Assembly (NCBI GenBank): GCA_964428335.1
Contig: CAYRXW010000008.1
Location: forward strand, 9,834-73,833
Direction: 5' to 3'
Length of the DNA stretch: 64,000 nucleotides
From: an uncultured Methanosarcinales archaeon
GTDB lineage: Archaea > Nanobdellota > Nanobdellia > Woesearchaeales > GW2011-AR15
Both the position numbers and the translations under genes were made by a program. The notes below the pieces were generated by a model. It was not told the origin of the DNA, did no database searches, and worked only from the letters and a program-made list of their open reading frames with translations. Shown one piece after another: positions 54,212 through 63,439 of this stretch (positions within the stretch are counted from its first letter, which is position 1; every line of letters starts with the position of its first letter).

Positions 54212-54939
54212 ATATATGCTGAAACTGCCATTATAGCAATACTAACTAGCTGCGAAAGGGCAAGACCAAAGAAAAATACTGTGTAAGTTGACCTGAATAA
54301 ATCTGTCACAAACCTAAATAGGCTGTAGCTGAACAAATATATCAAAGTCAGCTTTCCTGCTTTTAAATTCTGCTTTCCAAAATAAAGCATCATGCCAAAA
54401 AGCAGAAACTGGGTTATTGCCTCATAAATCTGAACAGGATGCCTGCACACTTCATCAACCATAAGGAAAACTACACACCAAGGCAAGCTGCTTGGCAAGC
54501 CAATATGCTCAGAATTAATAAAATTGGCAATCCTTCCGAATGCTGTCACAATGGATAATGGAACAACTATAAAATCCATTATTTCTAAGAATGATATTTT
54601 ATGCTTTTTTGTAAAAAAATAGGCTGCTAAAGTTCCTCCGATTAAACCACCATGAAAAGCCAGCCCTCCCTGCCATACTGCAAATATCTCCCCAAGATTT
54701 GAAGAGTAATAGCTCCATTCTGTAAGGACATGCACAATTCTTGCGCCAAGTATGCCAAAAAGCATTATGTATATCACTAAATCTGATGCATTTTCTTTTG
54801 TTAAATTTTTTATTTTCCCTGCCTTTTTTATAAGAAGATAATTCACAAGAAGGAAACCAAGTGCGTAGACTATGCCATAAAACCTGACTGAAAATGGGCC
54901 TAGAGAGATTATGTCGGGATTTATGTTTTGAAGGAACAT
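54190..54939 (-). CDS. lgt: Prolipoprotein diacylglyceryl transferase (Lgt) homolog
   Basis: The recognised segments are GPFSVRFYGIVYALGFLL, ARIVHV, WQGGLAFHGGLIGG, GRIANFINSEHIG and RHPVQIYEA. Confidence 0.8.
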   Translation of the reverse strand: MFLQNINPDIISLGPFSVRFYGIVYALGFLLVNYLLIKKAGKIKNLTKENASDLVIYIMLFGILGARIVHVLTEWSYYSSNLGEIFAVWQGGLAFHGGLIGGTLAAYFFTKKHKISFLEIMDFIVVPLSIVTAFGRIANFINSEHIGLPSSLPWCVVFLMVDEVCRHPVQIYEAITQFLLFGMMLYFGKQNLKAGKLTLIYLFSYSLFRFVTDLFRSTYTVFFFGLALSQLVSIAIMAVSAYIYLSSKK

Positions 54940-54985
54940 GAAAATTAGTTATTGAAAAGCCATTTATAATTTTATCTGAAACTTG

Positions 54986-55663
54986 CTAGATATAGTCATA
55001 ATTATACTCAAAGAGTTGTTTATCTATTTTCCCGATAAGCACCCTATAGATTTCTGAATACAGGCTTTTTATTGTAAGCCCTATGAAACCTTCCTTTCTT
55101 ATCCTTCTTGGAGAAGTAAAAACAAAAAGCCTTGAAAAATAGCATCTTGCGCCTGCTTTTTTTGCCCGGCTAACCAAATCATGCTCTTCCCCGAGCACTA
55201 AAGACCCGTCAAACCCATTAAGCTTCTCAAAAAGGCTTTTTTTTATGTACATGCATTGGCCTGAACAATGAGGGGAAGGATTATGCTTATTCAGGAAGTT
55301 CTTGGTATTATAATAAAGCCTATAAAAAAGGTTCTTTGAACCCACATATACATGGCAGGTTGAAAAATCATATTCTTTTGATTCTTCAAGAAAAGATCCG
55401 AGGAAGTTTTTTGGAAGCATTACGTCACTATCCAGAAAAAGCAGGTCATATTTAGCTATCTTTGCGCCATTATTCCTAGCTATAGCCGGTGTCCCGCCAT
55501 TTACTACGATACAATTCTCTTTAGAGGCAATTTTCCTTGTTTCATCCTTAGAACTATCAGCTACAATTATCTCGCAACCTATATCTCCCTGTGCTTTTAT
55601 GCTTTTTAGAAGCAATGGAAGCGTACTTTCCTCATTCCTTGCCGGAATAACTATTGATATCAT
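54986..55663 (-). CDS. Family 2 glycosyltransferase
   Basis: ISIVIPARNEESTLPLLLKSI is present, plus a D-x-D-type LFLDSDV. Confidence 0.8.
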   Translation of the reverse strand: MISIVIPARNEESTLPLLLKSIKAQGDIGCEIIVADSSKDETRKIASKENCIVVNGGTPAIARNNGAKIAKYDLLFLDSDVMLPKNFLGSFLEESKEYDFSTCHVYVGSKNLFYRLYYNTKNFLNKHNPSPHCSGQCMYIKKSLFEKLNGFDGSLVLGEEHDLVSRAKKAGARCYFSRLFVFTSPRRIRKEGFIGLTIKSLYSEIYRVLIGKIDKQLFEYNYDYI

Positions 55664-55700
55664 AGAAAGCTATAAAACTTGGACTTAAATATTAAACTTT

Positions 55701-56000
55701 ATGATTACTTACATTTATGCATTCATCCTTGGCTATATCACTGCAAAGATATTTTCAGGCAGCCATGAGCATATAAAAGGGCCTTTAGGTTCTATACTTA
55801 TAAAAATAAGAAAGCTCAGAATCCACATCCACCACTGGATACTTGGATTTTTGTTTACTGTTGTTATCCTGTTCTTTAAGGCAATGTCGATTGAGGACAT
55901 AAACAGCTTTGACCTCCATCTTGTCTCTTTTTTCATTGGGATAATGTTCCAGGGGATATATGAATTCAATGACTGGAAGGAAATCATAGAAAAAGTATAA
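55701..56000 (+). CDS. Small membrane protein (hypothetical)
   Basis: 99 aa with 2-3 TM helices. Confidence 0.45.
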   Translation: MITYIYAFILGYITAKIFSGSHEHIKGPLGSILIKIRKLRIHIHHWILGFLFTVVILFFKAMSIEDINSFDLHLVSFFIGIMFQGIYEFNDWKEIIEKV

Positions 56001-56008
56001 AACCTGCC

Positions 56009-57490
56009 TTGATTTCCTGCTGTAAAATGTCATATACCATCCTGGACTGCTACACTGATGAGGCTGCCGGACTAGGAGTCCCTCCTTATCTAGGAACTTA
56101 CCCCAGATATATCTTTGGGCTGCTGATGGCAGAAGGGAAAAAGGTCAATTATATCACAATAGATGACCTGAGATTCTCAAGAATCTATAAAAACAGGCAT
56201 AAGAAGGAAGAGAAGACAAACATAAAAATCTATAACCTGACAAGGGAAGATGTAGCAAAGATACTTCTTGAGACTGATACATTGATTGTAAATCTTGGCG
56301 TTCACGTACCTGGAAAATATCTTTCAGCAGTTCCCGGAACACTAAGGGAAGTCGTCCCTTTGATTAAAGACCTAAACTGCAAGAAAATCCTTACTGGCCC
56401 TGCAATTTTTGGGACCCAGCTTGAAGGCGGAAAATATTATGAGAAGACAGATACAAAACTTTTTGATGAAGTAAAGCAGTTTGGGTTTGAATTCGGAGGC
56501 TTTGAGAAGCTCCAGAAATACTCGCTTCTTGGGGCGCACATCATAAAGCAGATACCTTATCCTTTGATGATTGAAATTGAAACAGGAAGAGGATGCAATG
56601 TCGGAAGATGCAGCTTTTGCACTGAACCCTTAAAAAATAAGTTCATAAACAGGAAAACTGAAGACATATTAGAGGAAGTAAAAGAGTTTTATGACCTTGG
56701 CTGCAGGTTTTTTAGGCTTGGAAAACAGGCTGACTTTTATTCTATTGAAGACCCTATAAGGCTTCTTAAAGGAATAAGGGAAAAATGCCCGGATATAAAG
56801 ATACTTCATCTTGATAATGTTAACCCTGTGTTTGTAATAAACGAAAAAGGGATAGAGATAACAAAAGCAATTGTGAAATATTGCTCATCAGGAAATGTCG
56901 CTGCTTTTGGCGTTGAAAGCTTTGATCCTTTAGTTGTAAAGGAAAACACGCTTAATTGCACACCAGGAATTGCAATGAAGGCTATAAAGATATTAAATGA
57001 GCTTGGATCAGCTAGGGGAGAAGATGGCATGCCAAAATACTTGCCTGGATTAAACATTATCTATGGCCTTGGATTTGAATCAAGAAAAACGCATGAATAC
57101 AACATACAGGCATTAAAGCAGATTTATGACAATGGCTGGATGCTAAGAAGGATAAACATAAGGCAGGCTGCAATCCTTCCCGGAACCATGATGGAACAGA
57201 AATTCGGGAAAAAATATTATAGGAAAAATAAAAGGTATTATTGGAAATGGCGAGACGATATAAGGCAGAATATTGATTTTCCGATGCTTCAGAGGGTTGT
57301 CCCTAAGGGCACTATACTTAAGAACATATATACTGAGATACATGACGGAAACACTACATTCGGAAGACAGTTTGGCACATATCCTTTGATTGTAGGCATA
57401 AAAGGGAAGCTTCCACTAAAACAATTTATTAGTGTAAAGGTTACAGATCATATGCTTAGGAGTGTAAGCGGTGAGCAAGTGAATGGATAA
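56009..57490 (+). CDS. Radical SAM protein with a variant CX4CX2C cluster motif; the probable start is the MSYTILD Met at 56027
   Basis: The N-terminus reads ILDCYTDEAAGLGVPPYLGTYPRY. The cluster region is ETGRGCNVGRCSFCTEP. The C-terminal beta-rich end is KVTDHMLRSVSGEQV. Confidence 0.7.
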   Translation: MISCCKMSYTILDCYTDEAAGLGVPPYLGTYPRYIFGLLMAEGKKVNYITIDDLRFSRIYKNRHKKEEKTNIKIYNLTREDVAKILLETDTLIVNLGVHVPGKYLSAVPGTLREVVPLIKDLNCKKILTGPAIFGTQLEGGKYYEKTDTKLFDEVKQFGFEFGGFEKLQKYSLLGAHIIKQIPYPLMIEIETGRGCNVGRCSFCTEPLKNKFINRKTEDILEEVKEFYDLGCRFFRLGKQADFYSIEDPIRLLKGIREKCPDIKILHLDNVNPVFVINEKGIEITKAIVKYCSSGNVAAFGVESFDPLVVKENTLNCTPGIAMKAIKILNELGSARGEDGMPKYLPGLNIIYGLGFESRKTHEYNIQALKQIYDNGWMLRRINIRQAAILPGTMMEQKFGKKYYRKNKRYYWKWRDDIRQNIDFPMLQRVVPKGTILKNIYTEIHDGNTTFGRQFGTYPLIVGIKGKLPLKQFISVKVTDHMLRSVSGEQVNG

Positions 57491-57546
57491 CCAGCATTTT
57501 ATTTTCTCTTCAAAAATTATTTAAACTGTCATTCTTTAATTAAAAT

Positions 57547-58266
57547 ATGCGCTTAAAGATTGCATCAATCAATTTTTGGGGACTGCCATGGCCTCTTTCA
57601 ATCCAAAAAAGGAATAGGATAGGAAAGTTGATTTCTTTCATCAAAAAAAGCGATTTGGATGTCATATGCCTTCAGGAGATATGGAGAACAATAGATCTGG
57701 AATTAATAAAATCCAGGCTTAAGGAATATTATTTTTTTGACGCTTCTAAGAGAAAAGCAAACCCTTCTGGACTTGTTATCCTTTCAAAATACCCTATAAT
57801 TGACGGGAACTATGTTCCTTTCTGGAATGTGCATTACGAATTTGTATTCAGGAAAGGCATGCTTATATCGAATATCCTTGCAAACGGTGAAAAAATCAAG
57901 ATAATTAATACTCATTTTTATGCTACATTGCATCCATTAAAATCCAAGATATGGCTAAGGCAGTTAACTTCCCTTTATTCAGCTATAAGCAATAAGCAAA
58001 CCTTAATTTTTGGAGATTTCAATTATGACTATAATGATTTTCCTCTCCCTGAACTTTATCTTATCTCTGAAAGTAAAATACCTACAAGAAATACAAAAAA
58101 CCCTTATACTAAACGCTCGCTAAACAGGTTTTCAAAGATAAATATGGCATGCGATATAATACTTAGCAATTTTGAATTAGAAGTGAAAAAAAAAGAGATA
58201 AGAAAAGATAAAAATATCCTGTTTTCTGACCATTATTCAGTCATATCGCATATTAAGATAAAATGA
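57547..58266 (+). CDS. Endonuclease/exonuclease/phosphatase (EEP) family protein, sphingomyelinase/phosphodiesterase-like
   Basis: The recognised segments are IASINFWGLPWP, DVICLQEIW, FGDFNY and FSDHYSV. Confidence 0.75.
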   Translation: MRLKIASINFWGLPWPLSIQKRNRIGKLISFIKKSDLDVICLQEIWRTIDLELIKSRLKEYYFFDASKRKANPSGLVILSKYPIIDGNYVPFWNVHYEFVFRKGMLISNILANGEKIKIINTHFYATLHPLKSKIWLRQLTSLYSAISNKQTLIFGDFNYDYNDFPLPELYLISESKIPTRNTKNPYTKRSLNRFSKINMACDIILSNFELEVKKKEIRKDKNILFSDHYSVISHIKIK

Positions 58267-58730
58267 CACTGGAAAATCTATATCTAATACTTCCAGGGCT
58301 TCTTGGAAACTTAGGAGCCTGGACTTTTGGGAAAATCAATTCATTCAATTACCCGATAGACTTCAATATAAAATTCAAAGGAAAAAGATTATTCGGGAAG
58401 AATAAGACTTTCAAAGGAGTTCTTGCATCAATAGCTATAGCGTCTATTGTGAACTTTTCATTAAATAGTAATGCTGGTCTGGGTGCCATGATGGGTTTTT
58501 CTGTTGCGTTCGGGGACACTTTAAAAAGTTTTTTCAAGAGAAGATTAAACATTAAAGAAGGCAAAGACTGGCTGCCATATGACCTTTTTGACCTTCCTAT
58601 TGGATATTCTCTCTTTATTTTTCCTATCCTGAAGATAAAACTACTAGACATAATTATTTGCACTACTTTTGCAATCTTAATTACTTTGCTTGCACAGCTT
58701 GTCGGAAAATCATTAAACATCAAGAAATGA
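58263..58730 (+). CDS. carS: CDP-archaeol synthase (CarS, DUF46 family)
   Basis: The recognised segments are GKNKTFKGVLASI and GDTLKSFFKRRLNIKEGKDWLPYDLFD. The ATG overlaps the EEP stop (ATGA at 58263-58266). Confidence 0.75.
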   Translation: MTLENLYLILPGLLGNLGAWTFGKINSFNYPIDFNIKFKGKRLFGKNKTFKGVLASIAIASIVNFSLNSNAGLGAMMGFSVAFGDTLKSFFKRRLNIKEGKDWLPYDLFDLPIGYSLFIFPILKIKLLDIIICTTFAILITLLAQLVGKSLNIKK

Positions 58731-59663
58731 TTAAGGTATAGTCCTAAATCTTGTATTAAGAAGAAGCCACTCTATTAATAAAGCTATAAACCCGGTAAAA
58801 AATAACACTGCGGATAGATCATATGGAACAAGGACAAGTTCTGTTTTATTATCTAATAGCTCAAAAACTTTCTCAATCTCATCTTCACTTTTCACTTCAA
58901 AATACATCCCATTAGTATCCTCTGAAATCTTTTTCAGTGTTGAAAAATCATAAACTGCAGGAAGGTCAACATATGCTGCTCCTATCTCTCCAGAACCGAT
59001 AGCAATTGTATTGGCCACAGCATTATTTTTTCTTATGTAATTTAATGCATGCTGCAGGTTCTCATCAACATATATCCCTGCTGTGTCTGATCCATCGCTC
59101 AAAAGGACTATTGACTTTGCGCCTTCCGGAAGCATATTAACCGCTGTTATCAGTGCTGAGCCTATATCTGTCCCTGATGAAGGATCAACGTCTATTGAGG
59201 ATAAAGCAATCATTAAGTTTGCCTTTTCCAATGTAAGAGGCTGCTTAATATATGAAACGCCTGAAAAAGACATAACTGCAATTTTTGCATCAAGCCTCTT
59301 CACAAGCTCCTCTGATATTTTTTTTGCCATGTCAATCCTAGTCGGGAAAATATCATGACTGGACATGCTTGCAGAAGTATCTATAGCAATCACATAATTG
59401 CTTATCAAAAGCTCTGTTTCATAATAGATTTCAGGCCTTGATGCGCTTAAAACCATGAGTGTTATTACTATAACCCTAAGTGCCAACTGCGAATTGTTTT
59501 TTGTGATTAGATTTGTCCCTGTAACCCTTTTCATGGCTGAAAAGTTTGAAAATTTCATCGCTTTCTTCTTGTTGTGCTGATAGAAGTAATAGTGAAGAAT
59601 TATGATAAAAGGGATAAACAACAAAAGGTAGAGCATAAGCGGCTGCTGGAAAACTATCTCCAT
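58731..59663 (-). CDS. VWA-domain membrane protein (BatA-like)
   Basis: The N-terminus FQQPLMLYLLLFIPFIII is typical of BatA. The MIDAS motif is IAIDTSASMS. A C-terminal TM helix is present. Confidence 0.8.
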   Translation of the reverse strand: MEIVFQQPLMLYLLLFIPFIIILHYYFYQHNKKKAMKFSNFSAMKRVTGTNLITKNNSQLALRVIVITLMVLSASRPEIYYETELLISNYVIAIDTSASMSSHDIFPTRIDMAKKISEELVKRLDAKIAVMSFSGVSYIKQPLTLEKANLMIALSSIDVDPSSGTDIGSALITAVNMLPEGAKSIVLLSDGSDTAGIYVDENLQHALNYIRKNNAVANTIAIGSGEIGAAYVDLPAVYDFSTLKKISEDTNGMYFEVKSEDEIEKVFELLDNKTELVLVPYDLSAVLFFTGFIALLIEWLLLNTRFRTIP

Positions 59664-60595
59664 CTTGCACCAACCCTGTTAAAAAATTTGAGCATATTAT
59701 GAAAATAAGGCTCATCTGTCCTTAGCTCTAATAAATTGCTTTTATTTTTCTGGAAAATCTGCCTTACTGTATTTAGGTCTTTCCTGTTGTAGTCCCGATA
59801 AATGCCTGCATATTCTTTTGCATCTATGTATAATGTTTTCTTTGAATATGGATCCTCAATAACCATTTGTCCTGAATCAACAGGTATCTCAAAGTCCCTT
59901 GGATCCCTGACCATTATACCTATAACCTCATGAACATGACATATTATTTTAAGGTATTCTGCTAAGCTATCCTGCATATCTATGAAATCACTTACTAAAA
60001 AAATAAGGTTTCTTTTATCAAGAATGGATAGTACCTGCTGGACAGCTTTCCTTAGGTTTTTTTGCCCGCCATAGTTTTTTACGCTCCTAAGCTCATTTAC
60101 AAACTGGTGGAACTGCTTCTTTCCCATCTTTGGGGTGGCTAAGGATTTAATTCCATCAGAAAATAAACCATACCCTACAGAATTCCCTGAATTTATCAGA
60201 CCGTAAAATATTGAATTTACTGCTTCTGCTGCATATTCGCACTTAAGTTTTTTTTGAGATGAAAAAAGCATGCTCTCGCTTGCATCAATCAAGAAAAAAG
60301 CATTGAAATTTATGTCTACCTTATACTCCCTGACCAGTAGCTTTTGCGACCTTTGTGAAGCCATCCAGTCAATCCTTGATGCATCATCTGTGTTTGAATA
60401 ATCCCTGTAGTCTTCAAATTCAATGCCTCTTCCCTTTAATTTTGATGCCAGTTCCCCAGCCATGGCTGTAGTCAAAAAATCCTTCCTGACTTTCATTACA
60501 AGCTCTTTTGATTTTGGAAGCAAGTCTGCTTTGAATTCTTTAAGAGGCATAATGTAAAAACTAGGTAGTAGCATATTTAAATATTTCCTTGTCAA
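59654..60595 (-). CDS. DUF58-family protein
   Basis: The recognised segment is GIEFEDYRDYSNTDDASRIDWMASQRSQKLLVREYK. It overlaps the VWA gene start by 10 nt. Confidence 0.8.
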   Translation of the reverse strand: MTRKYLNMLLPSFYIMPLKEFKADLLPKSKELVMKVRKDFLTTAMAGELASKLKGRGIEFEDYRDYSNTDDASRIDWMASQRSQKLLVREYKVDINFNAFFLIDASESMLFSSQKKLKCEYAAEAVNSIFYGLINSGNSVGYGLFSDGIKSLATPKMGKKQFHQFVNELRSVKNYGGQKNLRKAVQQVLSILDKRNLIFLVSDFIDMQDSLAEYLKIICHVHEVIGIMVRDPRDFEIPVDSGQMVIEDPYSKKTLYIDAKEYAGIYRDYNRKDLNTVRQIFQKNKSNLLELRTDEPYFHNMLKFFNRVGARWR

Positions 60596-60624
60596 AAAGA
60601 TTAATCTGAAGAAATACAGGAAAT

Positions 60625-61068
60625 TTACTTTTTTCTTGACCAGAACTGAAGGGATTCAGGGCTCCGTTTGTTTATATGTGGTATCCTTGGGATTATCATG
60701 CATGACAATGCCGCAATTCCTGCTATCATGTGATAGCCATATCCTAAAGCCATCCCAATTGCGCCTGAAAACCAGACACTTGCTGCAGTAGTTAAATTTT
60801 TGACATTTAACCCATCTTTTACAATTAGTCCAGCTCCTAGAAATCCTATCCCTGTAACAATCTGCGCAGCAATTCTTGATTCTGAAGCTGGGTCAACCCT
60901 GGCTGAAAGGAAAGTAAAAAGCATCGCACCTGAAATAACCATAGTATGGGTACTTATCCCTGCATCCTTTCCCCTTGATTCCCTTTCTGCACCAATAAAA
61001 TAGCCAAATACCAAAGCCAATGCCAAATCGATGACAAATTCTAGCTCCATTATCATAAGGACAGTCAA
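60625..61068 (-). CDS. MgtC/SapB-family membrane protein
   Basis: The recognised segment is ALVFGYFIGAERESRGKDAGISTHTMV. Confidence 0.8.
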   Translation of the reverse strand: MTVLMIMELEFVIDLALALVFGYFIGAERESRGKDAGISTHTMVISGAMLFTFLSARVDPASESRIAAQIVTGIGFLGAGLIVKDGLNVKNLTTAASVWFSGAIGMALGYGYHMIAGIAALSCMIIPRIPHINKRSPESLQFWSRKK

Positions 61069-61697
61069 TCCAAGCTTCTTAATAAAGATTTAGAAAATGC
61101 AAACAGGAATAATGTTTTTAAAAACAGCTTAATAAAAACCACCTGTGAAAACCACATGAATAATCCATCAGGATAGAGCGCTTTCATAATACTGACATTT
61201 GGGTCAAAAGCATAATTGCCTGCAAAAAAAACCTTATGAAAAAACTCAAAAGCATATGAAAAACCCATAATATAGTAAAAGAACACCAGCAGAACAATAA
61301 GAATAAGAACTATTCCAGAAGAATTCAATACCAATTTCCAGTTTAACAGCAATAAAAAAAAGAATGTTGTAAGAGATGCAAAATAGATGATACTTATAGT
61401 CGATAATATATTCCTAACATCCTTAAGATGGCTAATTTCATCTTCTTTTAAGAAATCCAGGCTGTTTTTTTCACTTCCTTTTAAAAAAGCCACTATTCCT
61501 GCGTTTTTTGTGTCTGCATCCTGCTTATCAAAAATCTCATAAACACCATACTTTTCAAATGAATAACTGAAATAATTCTGCTCTATAGATGAATATAACG
61601 ATGAAAAAAGCAATATAAAAAATAAGGATATTGCTGACAAGCTAAGAATAATAATATCTGCCTTTCCCTTTTTGTTCCCTGTCTTTGACGCTTCCAT
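61065..61697 (-). CDS. DUF1461/TIGR01906-like integral membrane protein (the family that includes the lipoprotein intramolecular transacylase Lit)
   Basis: The recognised segments are FEKYGVYE, EISHLKDVRNIL and FHKVFFAGNYAFDPNVSIMKALYPDGLF. The family call is from memory. The annotated start overlaps ABCE1 by 56 nt. Confidence 0.5.
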   Translation of the reverse strand: MEASKTGNKKGKADIIILSLSAISLFFILLFSSLYSSIEQNYFSYSFEKYGVYEIFDKQDADTKNAGIVAFLKGSEKNSLDFLKEDEISHLKDVRNILSTISIIYFASLTTFFFLLLLNWKLVLNSSGIVLILIVLLVFFYYIMGFSYAFEFFHKVFFAGNYAFDPNVSIMKALYPDGLFMWFSQVVFIKLFLKTLFLFAFSKSLLRSLD

Positions 61698-63393
61698 ATT
61701 TGTTTATCCTTGGCCTAAACGATGTTTCGTCCCTTCTCATAGATATATCAAGATTGGATAAAAGATCATTCATGCCTTTTTCCATCTCAAATGGGCCTTT
61801 TGCTGTTCCCTCAACTGCAGGCTCCCCTTCAAAAACCAATAGCCTGTCTGACAAATAATCCAGAAACAATAAGTCATGGTCAACAACAAGGGCAGTTATT
61901 TTCCTTTGCTCAATGATATTTGAGATGACCTTTGAAACATTAAGCCTTTGCTCTACATCAAGGTATGCTGAAGGCTCATCAAGCAAGAGAAGCTCTGCAT
62001 CTTTGGATAGGCATAATGCTATCGCAACCCTCTGAAGCTCTCCTCCAGAAAGCTCATTAAGCTTTTTTAGCATAAGAGGTTTTATATCCAGTGGCCTTAC
62101 TATTTCAACTTCGTATTTTTGCAACGCTTCCTGCAAAACTACCATCACCATCTCATCTGATTCTGAATTAAGGTATTGCGGCTTATATGAGACCTTAACT
62201 TTCAAGTCCAGCTTTGCATCATCTGGTGTCTCTACTCCTGCAAGCAGCTTGACAAAGCTTGTCTTTCCAATCCCATTTTCCCCTAAGACCCCAACCTTTT
62301 CATAAGTCCTAAGCTCCCCTTCCTTTGCATTAAGCATAAATGATCCATATTTTTTTGAAAAATCCGGCCAATTAGTTAGCCTTGAAGTCTGGGAAGACTT
62401 GAAAGGCTGCTTGACGTTAAACTGTATCTTATGATCCCTAAACCTTACATTTTCCTCTTTAAGATATCCTTCCAGGAAAGTATTTATGCCATTTTTTGTC
62501 GGCCTTACCTGGGAAACAATACCAAAAACCCCATTCATACCATATAGTATATGGACTAAGTCTGCCATGTAATCAAGCGCAATCAAATCATGCTCAATCA
62601 CCAGGACTGCTGTATTTTCATCTGCAAGTTCCCTTATCAGTTTTGATATATGAAGCCTCTGCTTTATATCAAGATAGGAAGTTATCTCATCAAAAATATA
62701 CACGTTGGCTTTTTTCAGGAATGTTGCTGCAACAGCAACCCTTTGAAGCTCTCCTCCAGAAATATGCTTTACATCCCTATCAAGTATCTTTTCAAGCTCA
62801 AAATTTTTTACTGCCCATTCCAGATTATTTTTTTCATTTATCTTCTCCAAAAGCTCAGATACCTTCCCAGAGAACTGCTTTGGAATCATATCTACATGCT
62901 GCGGCTTATATGCTGTCTTTATCTCTCCTTTTCTTAATTTTTCAAAAAATAACTGCGCTTCTGTACCTTTAAAATATTCAATCACTTCCTTTATTTCTGC
63001 TTCCTTGCCAAAGTTTCCCAGGTTTGGCTTCAAGACACCTGCAAGTATCTTTATTGCGGTACTTTTTCCAATCCCATTTATTCCTAAAAGGCCAACTACC
63101 TTTCCAAATACAGGTGTTGGGAGATTATAAAGCGCAAATTCATTCTGGCCATACCTGTGTATAGGTGGCTTGTTTAGTGCCTCTGGAAGGTTTATTATCT
63201 TAATCGATTCAGGAGCCTGGTTAACGCAGATGCCGCAACCGATACATAGCCCTTCATCTATCAAAAGCTTCTTACCGTCAAAATACATGCATTCGTCCCC
63301 TTTCCTGTTTATCGGACAGAGACTTTGGATATGTTTTTTCTTGTCCATATCCTTAAGCTTTGTATTGTCTACAACAGCAATCCTTTTTCCCAT
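61642..63393 (-). CDS. abcE1: ABCE1/RNase L inhibitor-type ribosome recycling ATPase
   Basis: The N-terminal 4Fe-4S ferredoxin domain has CPINRKGDEC...CIGCGICV. Two ABC cassettes follow, with GINGIGKST and GENGIGKTS, and LSGGELQRVA occurs twice. Confidence 0.93.
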   Translation of the reverse strand: MGKRIAVVDNTKLKDMDKKKHIQSLCPINRKGDECMYFDGKKLLIDEGLCIGCGICVNQAPESIKIINLPEALNKPPIHRYGQNEFALYNLPTPVFGKVVGLLGINGIGKSTAIKILAGVLKPNLGNFGKEAEIKEVIEYFKGTEAQLFFEKLRKGEIKTAYKPQHVDMIPKQFSGKVSELLEKINEKNNLEWAVKNFELEKILDRDVKHISGGELQRVAVAATFLKKANVYIFDEITSYLDIKQRLHISKLIRELADENTAVLVIEHDLIALDYMADLVHILYGMNGVFGIVSQVRPTKNGINTFLEGYLKEENVRFRDHKIQFNVKQPFKSSQTSRLTNWPDFSKKYGSFMLNAKEGELRTYEKVGVLGENGIGKTSFVKLLAGVETPDDAKLDLKVKVSYKPQYLNSESDEMVMVVLQEALQKYEVEIVRPLDIKPLMLKKLNELSGGELQRVAIALCLSKDAELLLLDEPSAYLDVEQRLNVSKVISNIIEQRKITALVVDHDLLFLDYLSDRLLVFEGEPAVEGTAKGPFEMEKGMNDLLSNLDISMRRDETSFRPRINKYGSVKDREQKGKGRYYYS

Positions 63394-63439
63394 AATTAAG
63401 CTTGAAGTTCAAGGATTTATTTAAATAGTGCGGTTGCTA

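Noticed and set aside
61642-61697. The 56-nt overlap between the DUF1461-like gene start and the ABCE1 3' end, considered as a possible programmed frameshift or fusion.
   Set aside because: The two genes are in different frames with an intact ABCE1 C-terminus (GKGRYYYS) and stop. A misassigned start is possible, although I did not locate an alternative start codon. No slippery sequence was noticed.
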